Positions 38,801-50,533 of a stretch of 61,123 nt of DNA are shown piece by piece (positions within the stretch are counted from its first letter, which is position 1; every line of letters begins with the position of its first letter). Made by a program: the position numbers and the translations under genes. The DNA is from Chiloscyllium plagiosum. Taxonomy: Eukaryota. The stretch covers positions 17,275,697-17,336,819 of the forward strand of contig NC_057718.1 of the NCBI RefSeq assembly GCF_004010195.1, given 5' to 3'. The notes beneath the pieces are model-generated. The model was not told the DNA's origin. It made no database searches and worked only from the letters and a program-made list of their open reading frames with translations.

Positions 38801-41800
38801 TTTGATTATCCAGAATTCAATTAACCAAACAAAATACTCCCTGCCTATGTCCTTCGGATAATCCAGGTTCCTCTGTACTGTGTAGATTGTAATACAGGAC
38901 TCCCTTTATTGGGAGCTAATTTCTGCCAAAACTGAATATTAGATGCATTAAACTATTGGGAACAGTTAACAGAATGATCAAGCTTTATTTCCCTCTTATG
39001 AGGAACAATCCCCCTTGCTTGTTGTGTATCTGGTAAAAATTCTCTCTGTAATATTTTACAGCAGCTAATTTGCACCAATGCAGTTTACATGACCACAGGG
39101 AGTCTCTACTCCTTTGCCACAAAACTGGCATAAAATTATCTCTCGATCATTTGTATCAGAAACTTAATTTATGTAGAAAGTATAAGGAAGTTTGTTTTTG
39201 GCAGAAAAGAGTTTCGCCAATTGAGTAGAAGTTTGTAAAATTAAAAACAATTGATAAATTGATTGAATAATTTGTGTTGATTCTGAGATGTGGCTGAAGA
39301 TGAAAAGTTAGAAAGAGAATATTAAGAAGGCATGTCAGGTGGAACCCAAGCAATAATAAGATAAAGAAGTACATGACCAGGGCAGGCTGTTGAAGTAAAC
39401 AATATGAATGAGTATCATACATAAATTAATATGTTGTAGTTCAGAAAAGGAAGGTAACTGGTGTTGATGTAAGAAAAAGAAGACTGCATAATTTGTAACA
39501 GGGTGTGCAATTTTGTAGTTAAAGGGGACTCCTGATGCATTTGTCATATCCATGTTCCTCCCTTTACTAGAAATTGACCAGAACATAACTGGAATTGGGT
39601 GACAACACACTGAGTTAGAGGTCAGGAGCACCTGATAGGATAATGCAATACTGAGGGAGTGCTGTACTGTTGCTGTCCCTGTTATCCAGGCCATTACTTA
39701 TCCCTCAATCAACACCCAACGCCACAAATCAAACTATTGTACGATTGCTATTCATGGGAGATTGCTGCGCACTCATTGGTTGCTAAATTTCCCACTTTAC
39801 AATAATGCCTGCACTTCACAAGGTATTTCATTGCAACACATAGTGCTCGGCAGGCAATGAGCACGTGAGACAAACTGCAGAAGTGCAAACTCCTCATTGT
39901 CTGTCTTTCTCAATCTGCACTTGTATAGGTCTGTCTTTCACCATAAGTCATTGCTCAACACAGCTGAGTGCCAGGAACTGATGTAAATGAGTTGTCCTCA
40001 GCTGTGCATGTACATCAGATGATTGCAAACATTTCCAGTATCAATGATTTCATCTTTCGTCAACACTCTTTCCACCCAGCCACCAATCCAAATGCTCCTG
40101 GGTTCTTGTAACCAACACCAAATCAAATAATCCTTCAGGTTTAAGGGAATGTCTAATGGTGCACTGGGTAATGTCTCAGATACCTGGCCCAAGTTCTACT
40201 CCAGGAGTTAATGGCCATTGAAGGTGCCCTCACAATGTGGCCAAATGTGTTTGAGCATCAACCTGTAAGTCTCTCCAAAAGGCCTATGGCAGGCAGTAAC
40301 AATGGGAGAAAATCAGTCTCAATCTGCTGATCTTGATGTGAAGTGATGCCCTTTCAAGCAATAGGCCCTGGCTTCCGGCTGGAGATCTGTTTCAGGAGAA
40401 AAACAATGAAGATCAGATGTGTGCATGGCTTCACCTCCCTCACATGTGAACAGTCTTCTAGGTCTTCAGGAACAGAAAACCCCTACTCTCGACCTTCCCT
40501 CAGTAGATGGATTGGCTCAAGTCCACCACAATGAATTTTAAAAAAAAACTATGAAAGGATTGTGCTGAATGGCTTTTTCTCTTTGTGTGTTTCCCAATAA
40601 ATGCCCTCTTTATAGTATTATTTGACTATTAACACAAATACTGTTAGTTTTTTTTAATAGTGTTTAATACACTGCAAGTGCAGTTTCTTTTTTCTACTTG
40701 GGTTACATGCCCCAGACTTCAAGTTTTGCTTCCAGCGAAAGAGCTCCCATTAATCAGCCAGAACTCAGACAGACTGAATCAGCACTATGCAGATAATTGT
40801 GCACTCAAATGAGTATTTACTGAATATTTCATCCTGAATTGTGGAGCAATTTCCTTGACTTTTGAGTGGTGCAGTGGAAAGCTCCTCTGTAATCACCTTG
40901 GCTCCTGCTCTTCTGTCCATTTGTTTTGTTTTTAAATACAAGAACCTCGCCAAGGTTAAATAATATTAGCCCATCAATAGGTGGAGATTGTAGTTATCTG
41001 TGTGATAGTGGGCCCAGATCAATTTGCCAGCTACCCGTTAGGAAAAGAGTTCATAAATGGTAACTCACATTCCGCTCATTAATTCCCTTTAAAAACACAA
41101 GTATGATGCTAAACAGGTGCTAATGATAAAAAATAAATTACTAATCTAATGAAAGAATGGCCTGTATATTGTACCAAGTTTCTCAAATTACTTTACATGA
41201 GGCAATTAAAGATGGACTGAGCCACTATTGCCCCATGTCCCGAGAGGATACATTTTTAAAGTTATTCTGATGTGCAGTTACCATTCAGTCAATTTGTATT
41301 ATTTGTTGATGTTGCTAGCTCTATGTTATTGTTCTACAGAGATCTTTGATACTTTTCAAATTGCAAAATTGACTCTGTGGTATTACCCCGATTTCCATGA
41401 CTGGCAATTCATACCATCAGCCAGTATATGGTTCAGAGTAAGGATTGTCTGAGATAATCCTTTGCCATCAGTCCTCCTTTGTCTATACTTTGTCTCTGGT
41501 CTTTCTAATGGTCAGTGCTAGAGGATGCACAGCTATAGAGTCTATACAGAAGAGGCATTGTTCTCTGTTAACAAGCTAGTTTATTGCTTGTAAATATCAT
41601 TACATACTGTTCAGGTATAAATACTCGGGCACTGCTCCCTACAAATGCTTGTGTAGGACTCACTATCTTCACTCAGACCGTGATGCTCAGTTTCTCATTT
41701 GATTCCTTTTGAACCATTACCTTATATATCAGGTTGGTCAGTGCCCACCCGAGTGTTCATTTCGGGCCTCAGTTTAACATTTCATCCAAGAGATCACACC

Positions 41801-44800
41801 TCTGACCATGAAGCACTCCAGCAAAGTCGCGTTACATTATGATTCGTGGTCCTGGATATTAGCAGATGTGGTTTAAAAAGGAGATTCCGGGAATTTGTTT
41901 CTAAGAGTCTTTAGTCTTTTGAACTCTTGTCTTTAGAGAGTGATGGAGGCCAAGTCATTTAATATTTCTAAGGAAGAGATAAATTGATTCTCTTATTAAT
42001 TAAGAAGCTACAGTTATCAAGGGGAGGCAGGAAAGTGAAATTGAGGCCACTATAAGATCAGCAGAACAGGCTAGAAGTGCCAAATGGCCTGTGCCTGCTC
42101 CTAATTCATATAGAGGTATAAAGTCATAGAGACGTACAGCACGATAACAGACCCTTCGGTCTGACTTGTCCAAGCTGACCAGATATCCTAATCTAATATA
42201 GTCCCTTTTGCCAGCACTTGGCCCAAATCCCTCTAAACTCTTCCTAGTCATGCCCCCATTCAGATGCCTTTTAAATACTGTAATTGTACTAGCCTCCACC
42301 ACTTCCTCTGGCAGTTCATTCCATACACACAGCATCCTCTGTGTGAAAAAGAGTGGTGTATTTTTAGTTTTCCATTCCCTTTGTGGGAGCAGGCCTGTGT
42401 TTATTGCCTCCTCTGATGGTGATGGAGATATTCATATGCAGGTAAGGAGTGGGGTTAATCATCCACTTGGTAGCAAAGGGAATTTAGCATTGAAGAGCTG
42501 CTGCTGTAATCTCTGGCCCTGTGTAGATCCAGCTCAGTGTGGCCAGGGCAGAATTTGGACACTCTCCATTAAACACAGTTAAAATATTGTGTCATGTTGT
42601 GGAGAAGTTGGGAAATAGTTTTATTCTGACATCAGAGAGACGACACTATGATTCCCAACAAACCTGTGTCACAGTGTGGCAATCACACAATTGCACAGTG
42701 CTGTGGGTGATGAATCACTTCCAGTGTCCAGTACATAAGTTGGGTTTTTCTTATATGTGAAACCAATGGAAGAATTTCCTGCAAAAGCACATTTAGTAAC
42801 AAGTGAAATCGAGCAGGAATGCATGCAGATTCATTTCCTAGTTTGTGCTGTGTGGGCTCATCACAGGCTGGAAGACTTTAATGCCACTTTCACTCCTGTA
42901 TTACACAATTGAGAAAGAAACTAGACATAATTTGGATGCTTTATTGGTAAAGATTGACTCTATTGATGGTGATGGCCCAGTTCTGAAGACATAGCCCTGG
43001 CAAGGGGACAGATAAGAGGGAAAAAATATATTTGACCGTGTCCTCACTGATCTGCCTCTGTAAATCCATATGTCTATAACAGTGGGAGTGACCACCACAC
43101 AATCCTTATGGAAACAAAGCCCTGCCTTCACTTTTAAGATAAACTCCAGCTTGTTGTATGGACCAATAAAACTTGCTGAATGGGATAGATTGTGAACAGA
43201 TCTAGCCGCAAAATATCAGACATTCATGAGGTGCTGTGAGTGTTCAGGAGCAGCAGTATTGTATTCAACTATGATCCATAACTTAGTTGCCTGGCATTTC
43301 CCCCACTCTACCATGAGAATTAGAATTAGCTTTATTGTCTCATGGACTCAAATAAATACAGTAAAAAGTTTGCACATCGCCACTTATGCCACCATCTGAG
43401 ATGCAAAGGTACCTAGGTACTGTGAGAAACAAAGCTCACTCACTTCAATAATTTCAGTCCGAGACAAGATCTGAATCAGTAGTGTCATTTATTTCACACT
43501 TGCAAGTGGGTGTGATGTCCACAAGGCAGGGACAAAACACACTGAATTCAACAAATACTCGATACTTATATAATTTGGTTCCTTTTGTTTTACATTGCTC
43601 CTCCCCTGTTTACATCCTCCACTTCCCTAAGACTGGCCCCACTACTCCTGTTTATCTCTTGCCTTATCCGGCCTTGTCTGTGACAAAATGCTTATATCTG
43701 ACCTCACAAGGCAATTTGACCTCATCCCATCCTTTGCTTACCATTATCTACTCCCTCCATCTGTGCTGCCCCTCACAGCATCTTATCACTAAGCCCTTTT
43801 AATTGGGGTTTGTTCCTGTGTTTCTGTAAAAGTGGGAAACAGATGTTTATACCTACTGTTTGTACAGGCATATCTAGCTTAACTTCATCCCCTCACAGCA
43901 TCTTATCTATTCGCCTGTAATATCTACCATTGTTTTGTCGTCATGTTTCATTCTGGCATACAATTTTAGCTAATACAAAAATAATTATATATTTCCTCCA
44001 CATCGTTTCCATTCTTGTTGACTCAGCTCTTGGCTGAAACAATTACACACTGGTGTGAGTTCATTTACTTTGTATCAGAAATTATAATTGCAGAATTGCA
44101 GAAGTAACATTAATTTACCTATATCCCACAGTACAAATTCTTAAGTACAAATTCTTACAGGGAAAAGAAGAAAAAAAAAAGAAATTTAAAATAAGCTATT
44201 ATTACAGATCATAGGAGTACATTAGTAAAATTAAAGGTTCAGAATAATGGTCCTTCCAACCTAGTCCACACCAGGCCTTGACTCCATACTGCCCTGGGAT
44301 TCACCTTGAGACTAGGAGTCCAGTAAGGAGTCATCTTAAGGCCAGAGTTCTACACTGAGACCACACCGGGCCACTGAGAAACTGCTAACAAGCTATACAT
44401 TTTAACACACAAGGCACAGTTCTTTTTGTTCACTTGTGGGATGTGGTTTTTGCTGGCTGGGCCAGCATTTATTAGCTGTCCCGAGTGACCCTTGAAGGTA
44501 CTGGTGAGCTGCTTTCTTGTACCTCTGCTGTCAATGTGCTGCAGATAGACAAACAATGGCATGAGGGAGAGAATTCCAGGATTTTGACCCAGTGACACTG
44601 AAACCATGGAAACAGCAGGAACATGTGTACACATTGTGCACACTTCAGGTTAACAAAATAAGTCATCCCTGGCTTGTTTCTTAGGACAATCCCCTGACTG
44701 GTCAGAGTTAATCTGCCTCATTTGAAATCTGAATAAAGTGTAGCAGTTAACAGTCAATTATCACCAACTGTTGCCTTCTCCATGGCACCACCTCCTAGAA

Positions 44801-47800
44801 CCAGAGTTTGCTTACAGACCAATCAGAACTCTTCTCTCATCCAGAATGAATATTAGCTTCTTGTTTATTGGTATTTTTCTTATGAAGTGTCCTGATGCCT
44901 GCAAGATGCAAAGCTTCAACAAAATATGTTTTCTTTCAGCAACACTCCATTCAATCATCATCTATTTCCTCTTTTGCTGACCTTACTTTAGTAGGTTGCC
45001 CTGTGGCAGAGTGTGACTTTCTATTTTTGGGAAACGATTCCATCTGAAAAATCAAAATCACAAGGTTTTTCATGTTTTCTTTCAAGTTGACTCAAACTAC
45101 CATAGAGGAAAATATCTTTCTCCTCAAACACTGTCGCAATGACTTTGTGATCTCGCTTATGGCTTTAGAGAGAGAGAGAGAGGGAGAGAGAGAATCGAGT
45201 GAAACAATGTAGGAAATAATGAAGTTACTACTGGTGACATTTGACCCCTATCTTTTTCTAAGCAAGGGCTGGAAGGGGTTGCTAAAAAGACAAGGGTCAA
45301 GTAAACGGAAGATTGCTGTGGAATATATTAAAATCTCTTGCACGCTTTTACATTTCCACAATTGCAGCTTTCCGATGTATTTTGAGATGCACATGGTCAG
45401 ACAGAGGCCTAACATGCCATGCCTTGCCTTAGAGTGAGTCTTGATGTGCTGAATTTACCTGAATTTACCCATTTATTTTGATTTACCGACTTCTCAGGTT
45501 TTCTATTCATTTTGATCCTGTGGGTGTGTTTCCCCCCAATAGGATTTGGCGAAAGGGGTGCAGTCGATAGCAGAATTCTTCGGCCTGTCTCTGAGTGAGG
45601 AACAGATTCAAAAGATTGCCAGCAGAGCTACCTTCCAGGCCATGAGTGACAACGCCCAGAAAACTCACTCCAGCATCGGCAAGGTTATCTTCCGAAAGGG
45701 TAGGTAGAAATGAACTCTCGTCAGGGTCTGAAATGCTCAGTTTGGGAAGGGAAGATGGAATGTGTTGATGCTGTTCATTGATCCTTGCAACTCAGAAGAG
45801 GTTTTTCTGACCCACTGTGAAAACATGCTTCGTCTCTGCTTTTGCTCCTCCAAGTGATGAACAAGAAACAGGAGTAGGCCATTCGGCCCCTCGAGTCAGC
45901 TCTGCCATTCATTTAGAACATGGTTAATCTGATTTTAATCTTAACTGTACATTCTTGTGTAACTCAGATAATCTTTCATCCCCTTGGTGACCAAGAGTCT
46001 ATCCACCTCTGCCTTAAAAATATCTAAAGATTCTGCATCGACTGTCTTTGAGGAAGGCAGTTCCAAAACTCTCAACTTTCTGAATGATGTTTTATTTTCC
46101 TTCACCTCTGTCTTAAACGGACAAACGTCGTGCAAACTCTGACCCCTAGTTCTAGATTCTCTCACAAGACAATCCTTTAAAGATCTGCCAGATCAATTCT
46201 CCTCAGGATCGTATATATTTCAATTAGTGGCATGGTGGGTCAGTGGTTAGTACTGCTGCCTCACAGCACTGGGGAGCTAAGTTCAATCCCAGTCTTGGGT
46301 GACTGTGTGTGGAGGTTGCATGTCCTCCCTGTGTCTGCACGAGTTTCCTCTGGGTGCTCCAGTTTCTTCCCACAATCCAGAGACATGTAGGTTAGGTGAA
46401 TTGGTCATGCTGAATTGTCTGTAATGTGTAGGCAAGGTAGGGTAGCCAAGCTAAATACAGGGATGGAGTGGGATGCTCTTCAGAGAGTTCGTGCGGACTC
46501 AATGGGCCGAATGGCCTCCATCTGTATTGTAGGGATTCTATGCAAGTCACTTCAGACTGTTCTAAATTTCCAGAGGAAACAGGTCTAGACTTTCTTGTGT
46601 AAAAGCAATCAACTAATTGCAGGTGTTAGTCTAATAAACCTTTTCTGAACCACTTCCCATGCATTAAGATTCTCCCATATCCCCAGTGACCAGTGCTGTA
46701 CACAGTACTCCAGGTGAGGTCTCATCAATGCCCCATAAAACTGAACAGTAGCCTTCCAACTTTTGCATTCAATTCCCCTCATGAGAAAACATAACATTCT
46801 ATTAGCTTTCCTGATTACCTGCTGTTCCTGTATTCTAACCTTCTGCGATTCATGCACAAAGATACCCATAACTCTCAGCATCTCTCAGCTGTGCAATCTT
46901 TAACCATTTAAATAATATGCTTCTTAATTTCACACTTTCCTATACTATACTCCATTTATATCCCTTTGCAGGCTCCTTATGGCCATTTCACAACTCAAAT
47001 TCTTCACCTTCCTTCATTCTCCAATGCCCTTTTCAAATTATTTATTGAATTATACACAAAATTACCAACTCCTCAGATACTGAAGCAGTCCGTATCCATA
47101 TACAGCAAGATCTGGACAATGCTGTGGATTGGGATGACAAGGGGCAAGTTACATTCACGTCTGCCAGGCAATGCTCATCTCTCTCAAGCGGGAACCTCAT
47201 AATAATTCCTTGACATTCAATGGCGTCACCATCACTGAATCGCCCCGTCAATATCCTGTGAGGTTCACATTGACCAGAAGGGGAACGGAACCAGCCATAT
47301 AAAAAGTCTGATTACAAGAGCAAGTCAGCTACTAGGACTTCTGTGGCATGTAACTCACTTTCTGACTCCAAAGCCAGTCCATGATCTACAAGGTACAAGT
47401 GAGGAGTGTGATGGAATATTTTCCACTTATCTGGTTGGTTGAAGCTCCAACAACACAGCAGATATACCATCCAGGATAAAGTACCTCCCTTAATTAGCGC
47501 CCATTCATCCCATTCAGTAGTGATTGTCTTCACCATTGACAGACAGTGGCAGCAGTGTTTACCATATACAAGGTGAACTGCATTAACTCACCAAGGCTCC
47601 TTCAAAAGCAGCTCATAACGTCGGTCTTCTGCCACTTAGAAGGACAAGCAGAGCAATGCATGTGAACACCTGCAATTTCCACTCCACGCAACATGCCATT
47701 GTAACTTGAAGCTATATCACCATTCCTTCCCTGTCAGTGGGTGAAAATCCGAGAAATTCTTCTATTGTGGATGGCCATACATGTTGTGGTTCTGATCGCC

Positions 47801-50127
47801 GAGCTGGGAATTTGTGTTGCAGACGTTTCGTCCCCTGTCTAGGTGACATCCTCAGTGCTTGGGAGCCTCCTGTGAAGCGCTTCTGTGATCTTTCCTCCGG
47901 CATTTATAGTGGTTTGTACCTGCCGCTTCCATTGTCAGTTCCAGCTGTCCGCTGCAGTGGTCGGTATATTGGGTCCAGGTCGATGTGCTTGTTGATTGAA
48001 TCAGTGGATGAGTGCTATGCCTCGAGGAATTCCCTGGCTGTTCTCTGTTTGGCTTGTCCGATAATAGTAGTGTTGTTCCACAAGCAACATGAGTTCGGCT
48101 GGGACAACACTACTATTATCGGACAAGCCAAACAGAGAACAGCCAGGGAATTCCTAGAGGCATAGCACTCATCCACTGATTCAATCAATAAGCACATCGA
48201 CCTGGACCCAATATACCGACCACTGCAGCGGTCAGCTGGAACTGACAACCGGAAGCGGCAGATTCAAACCACTACAAATGCCGGAGGAAAGATCACAGAA
48301 GCGCTTCACAGGAGGCTCCCAAGCACTGAGGATGTCACCTAAACAGGGGACGAAACGTCTGCAACACAAATTCCCAGCTCGGCGAACAGAACCACAACAA
48401 CGAGCACCCGAGCTACAAATCTTCTCCCAAACTTTGAATGGCTATACATCACATGGATGGTTTACAAAGTTGCATCCCCACCTCCTTCGCCAGGACAATT
48501 AGGGATGGACAATAAATGCTGGCCCAAAATCTATGAATGAATAAATTAAAACAAAAGCTTGCAAGGGGAGGAAATGGTCTTGTGGTATTATTGCTAGACT
48601 GTTAATCCAGAGATCCAAGTCATATTCTAGGAACCTAGTTTCAAATCCCACCATGGCACAGGGTGGAATGTGAATTCAATAAAAATCTGGAAATAATGAA
48701 TTCATTGTCGACTGTCAGGAAAATCCGATCTGGTTCACAAATGTCCTTCAGGGAAGGAAACTACCATCCTTACCTAGTGTGGCCAACATGTGACTCCAGA
48801 CCCACAGCATTGTGGTTGACTCTTAATTGCCCTCTGGTATGGGCAATAAATGCTGACCTACCCAGCAATATCCTCAACCTGTGAATACATCAATTAAAAA
48901 GAAAACACCTTTTAAAACAGTGCATTCCAGATCCATTTCCCTGTATTTGTTCTGGTGAGTGAAATGTGTTCTCCTTGTCTCTTTATTTTTCCCTGCAATG
49001 ATTTTGAATTTGTGATTTCTAGCTGACTCATTTATTAAAGGGAAATGTTTTCTCCATTACCCTTTCCAAACCTCGGTGAGGTCACCTCTGATCTCTGTTG
49101 CAAGAACGAAATTCCTAACTTTTCCAACCTTACCTCAGATCTGAAGTCTACCATCCCAAGTGACATGTGGTAAACCTAGATACCCTTTTAAAGGCCATTA
49201 TCCATTTTCTGCAGTGTGGTGCACACAGTAACTCTAGCTGAGGCCTGACTGGTGACTTTATAATCCTATGGCGTAAGCACTTTTTCATGATGTGATTTAC
49301 TGGTGATGATGTTGTAATGTGCAGGAACAGGAAATATTTCAGAACATTTGCAAGAGCTCTGTAATGTACGACATTACAGTGTGTTAGACATTTGCTGTAT
49401 TGCCTGTCATGATGGGGGAGCAAGTGAAAATGTAAGAAGAATCGTGAAGTGCAAAGAATGATACCAATCATGAACATGGTGTTGGCCACTGATCTTCCCT
49501 TTGTGTACTCTCTCCCTCTCAGTAACTCTCCAGCCAAAACTTTCATCATTGCATCACAGAATCTGTACATTGTCAAAGCAGGTCATACTGTATCTTTGGA
49601 GACAGTCAGTGTTCACAAAGCAATAAAACTTACTCCTGGCTGCAACACTTCCTTTGTTACGTGTGGGCTTCTCCAATGAGAATTATCTGAAAGCAGCTCA
49701 TATCATGTCAGGGTGTGGTCTGGATAGAGGACATCATTGAAGGAAGGACATGTGGGTAAAAGACACGTTCAGGATCTACAATGACTGAGTCCTGAAGGCT
49801 GCACAGTAACCGAATGGAAAATGAGACACTGTTTATTCAGTTTCCCCCGAGCCTCACTGGAACACTGCAGCAGGCCTGAGATGGTAGTGTTGCCGTGGGA
49901 ACACGGTGGTGTGTTGAACTGACAGGCAACTGGTGGCAGGATTCTACGTTATTGGGTCAGACCAGTTTTAACAACTTTGTTTTGTTTTTAATCTAGGTGT
50001 GGTTGGAGACTGGAAATCCCTTTTCACTAAAGAGCAGAGTGAAGAGATGGATGCAAAGTTTGAAGCATGTTTAGCAGGAACAAAATTAGGAGCAATGTTG
50101 AAGTATGACCTCTACTGTCAGGAGTAA
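20602..50127 (+). CDS. SULT6B1: Cytosolic sulfotransferase, SULT6B1-like; 7 coding exons join(20602..20827,24187..24314,30291..30380,32245..32371,38598..38692,45543..45699,49997..50127), 317 aa
   Basis: Manually spliced ORF is open across six GT-AG introns (226+128+90+127+95+157+131=954 nt). Motifs: PAPS loop YPKCGFNW, catalytic His region RIYGTH, RNPKDNAVSYYHF, WGSYFDH, RKGVVGDWK. The KCGFNW variant and C-terminal LAGTKLGAMLKYDLYC resemble SULT6B1. Confidence 0.92.
23215..23680 (+). mobile_element. CR1 3' fragment (intron 1)
   Basis: ERMERLGPFPLECRRMRGDCIEVYKIM. Confidence 0.8.
23836..24031. mobile_element. Palindromic Penelope-end mini-insert
   Basis: Opposed terminal repeats; flanking duplication CTGCCTAA. 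Confidence 0.7.
24187..24314 (+). CDS. SULT6B1: SULT6B1-like coding exon 2 (GFNWVNLLLRDI...LLEFENAGKYE)
   Basis: Acceptor TTTTACAG, donor GAG|GTATAT; completes the PAPS loop. Confidence 0.9.
25190..26305. mobile_element. Penelope-like element with inverted partial repeat (intron 2)
   Basis: Minus-strand GIY-YIG HYIGEMKCRLGDCFAEHLRSV; plus-strand 3' end with hammerhead. Confidence 0.8.
26226..26263 (+). ncRNA. Minimal type I hammerhead ribozyme motif (sense in intron 2)
   Basis: AGUU-CUGAUGA-A-GAGUC ACUG GAUUU-GAAA-CGUU-AACU; helix I AGUU/AACU. Confidence 0.6.
26310..26617 (-). mobile_element. HE1-type SINE, young
   Basis: Close reverse-complement match to the 60057 copy. Confidence 0.92.
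29343..29376 (+). ncRNA. Minimal type I hammerhead ribozyme motif (sense in intron 2)
   Basis: AUC-CUGAAGA-A-GGGC UUAU GCCC-GAAA-CGUC-GAU; predicted cut after 29373. Confidence 0.7.
29347..29434 (+). mobile_element. 88-bp Penelope-end mini-insert with 17-bp TSD
   Basis: CAATGATGCCCTTATCC at 29330-29346 and 29435-29451. Confidence 0.85.
30291..30380 (+). CDS. SULT6B1: SULT6B1-like coding exon 3 (GMQNDPSPRIYGTHSHYNNLPPSIHEKKTK)
   Basis: Acceptor TTTAAG, donor AAG|GTAAAA; 90 nt; SPR..TH catalytic His motif. Confidence 0.9.
31490..32000 (+). mobile_element. CR1 3' fragment (intron 3)
   Basis: LERVQKRFTRMLPGLEDLSYRERLNRLGLFSLERRKLRGDLIEVYKIM. Confidence 0.9.
32245..32371 (+). CDS. SULT6B1: SULT6B1-like coding exon 4 (ILVVFRNPKDNAVSYYHF...WDEFFRKYMTGE)
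   Basis: Acceptor TTTCCACAG, donor G|GTAATG; 127 nt; 3'-phosphate-binding motif. Confidence 0.93.
32425..33097. mobile_element. Non-autonomous Tc1/mariner-pogo (Tigger-like) element
   Basis: TA-flanked; TIRs CAGGGGAACCTCGATTATC / GATAATCGTCGTTCCTCTG; subterminal GATAATC repeats. Confidence 0.8.
35922..36176 (+). mobile_element. HE1-type SINE
   Basis: SINE head, V-domain and TAATC tail. Confidence 0.85.
38598..38692 (+). CDS. SULT6B1: SULT6B1-like coding exon 5 (VCWGSYFDHALVWEKH...ITYEELKE)
   Basis: Acceptor AAAACAG after a T-rich tract, donor GAG|GTCAGT; 95 nt. Confidence 0.93.
38727..38875. mobile_element. Short MITE of the same Tigger-like family
   Basis: CAGAGGAATCTCGATT...GATAATCCAGGTTCCTCTG followed by TA. 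Confidence 0.75.
42115..42350 (-). mobile_element. CR1 3' end
   Basis: VWNELPEEVVEASTITVFKRHL on the minus strand. Confidence 0.8.
43421..44130 (-). mobile_element. Solo LTR, 710 bp, 4-bp TSD GTAC
   Basis: Termini TGTGAGA...TCCCACA; GTAC at 43417-43420 and 44131-44134; minus-strand AATAAA near 43488. Confidence 0.75.
45543..45699 (+). CDS. SULT6B1: SULT6B1-like coding exon 6 (DLAKGVQSIAEFFG...VIFRK)
   Basis: Acceptor CCCCAATAG, donor G|GTAGGT; 157 nt. Confidence 0.92.
45865..46980 (-). mobile_element. CR1/L2-type LINE 3' fragment interrupted by an older SINE (~46229-46545, plus)
   Basis: FYGALMRPHLEYCVQHWS on the minus strand; SINE head in the middle. Confidence 0.75.
47819..47858 (-). ncRNA. 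Mirror hammerhead motif in the left palindrome arm
   Basis: Reverse complement of the 48323 motif, with loop AGAC. Confidence 0.7.
48323..48362 (+). ncRNA. Minimal type I hammerhead ribozyme motif (sense in intron 6)
   Basis: GCA-CUGAGGA-U-GUCACCU AAAC AGGGGAC-GAAA-CGUC-UGC; predicted cut after 48359. Confidence 0.72.
49997..50127 (+). CDS. SULT6B1: SULT6B1-like coding exon 7 (GVVGDWKSLFT...YDLYCQE*)
   Basis: Acceptor ATCTAG; completes RKGxxGDWK; TAA stop at 50125-50127. Confidence 0.93.
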
Positions 50128-50302
50128 TTAACAACACGGAATATTGTGACAGACAAGGAATACATTCTGTTTGGAAAAGACAAGTGTTCAAAACTGTGAA
50201 TTCAAACATCAAAACACCTCAATTTAAAAACAGAAAATGCAAAAATAAACAACAGATTACCAATGATAGCTAAATGTTACAGCTTCAGAGCTAAAATCTT
50301 CG

Positions 50303-50492
50303 AGGAGAAAGTGAGGACTGCAGATGCTGGAGATCAGAGCTGAAAATGTGTTGCTGGAAAAGCGCAGCAGGTCAGGCCTGCTGGACACACTTTCCTCATT
50401 CCTAAAGAAGGGCTTACGCCCGAAACATCGATTCTTCTGCTGCTTCGATGCTGCCTGACCTGCTGCGCTTTTCCAGCAACACATTTTCAGCT
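50303..50492. mobile_element. Palindromic Penelope-end mini-insert downstream of the SULT6B1 stop
   Basis: 40-bp perfect inverted repeat 50338-50377 / 50453-50492; flanking duplication CAGCTTCAGAG(C/T)TAAA. Confidence 0.85.
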
Positions 50493-50533
50493 TCAGAGTT
50501 AAACCTCTTGTGGCTTTGTAATTCTGGGACCAT

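Larger units (their letters stand above)
47783..48437. mobile_element. Fold-back Penelope-like insertion (~295-bp inverted arms)
   Basis: GIY-YIG C-terminus HEFGWDNTTIIGQAKQRTAREFLEA; flanking duplication ATGGCCATACAT / ATGGCTATACAT. Confidence 0.9.

Noticed and set aside
45167..45192. (AG)n and other microsatellites or homopolymers (also 18820-18850, 32750-32785, 36904-36918)
   Set aside because: Ordinary simple repeats.
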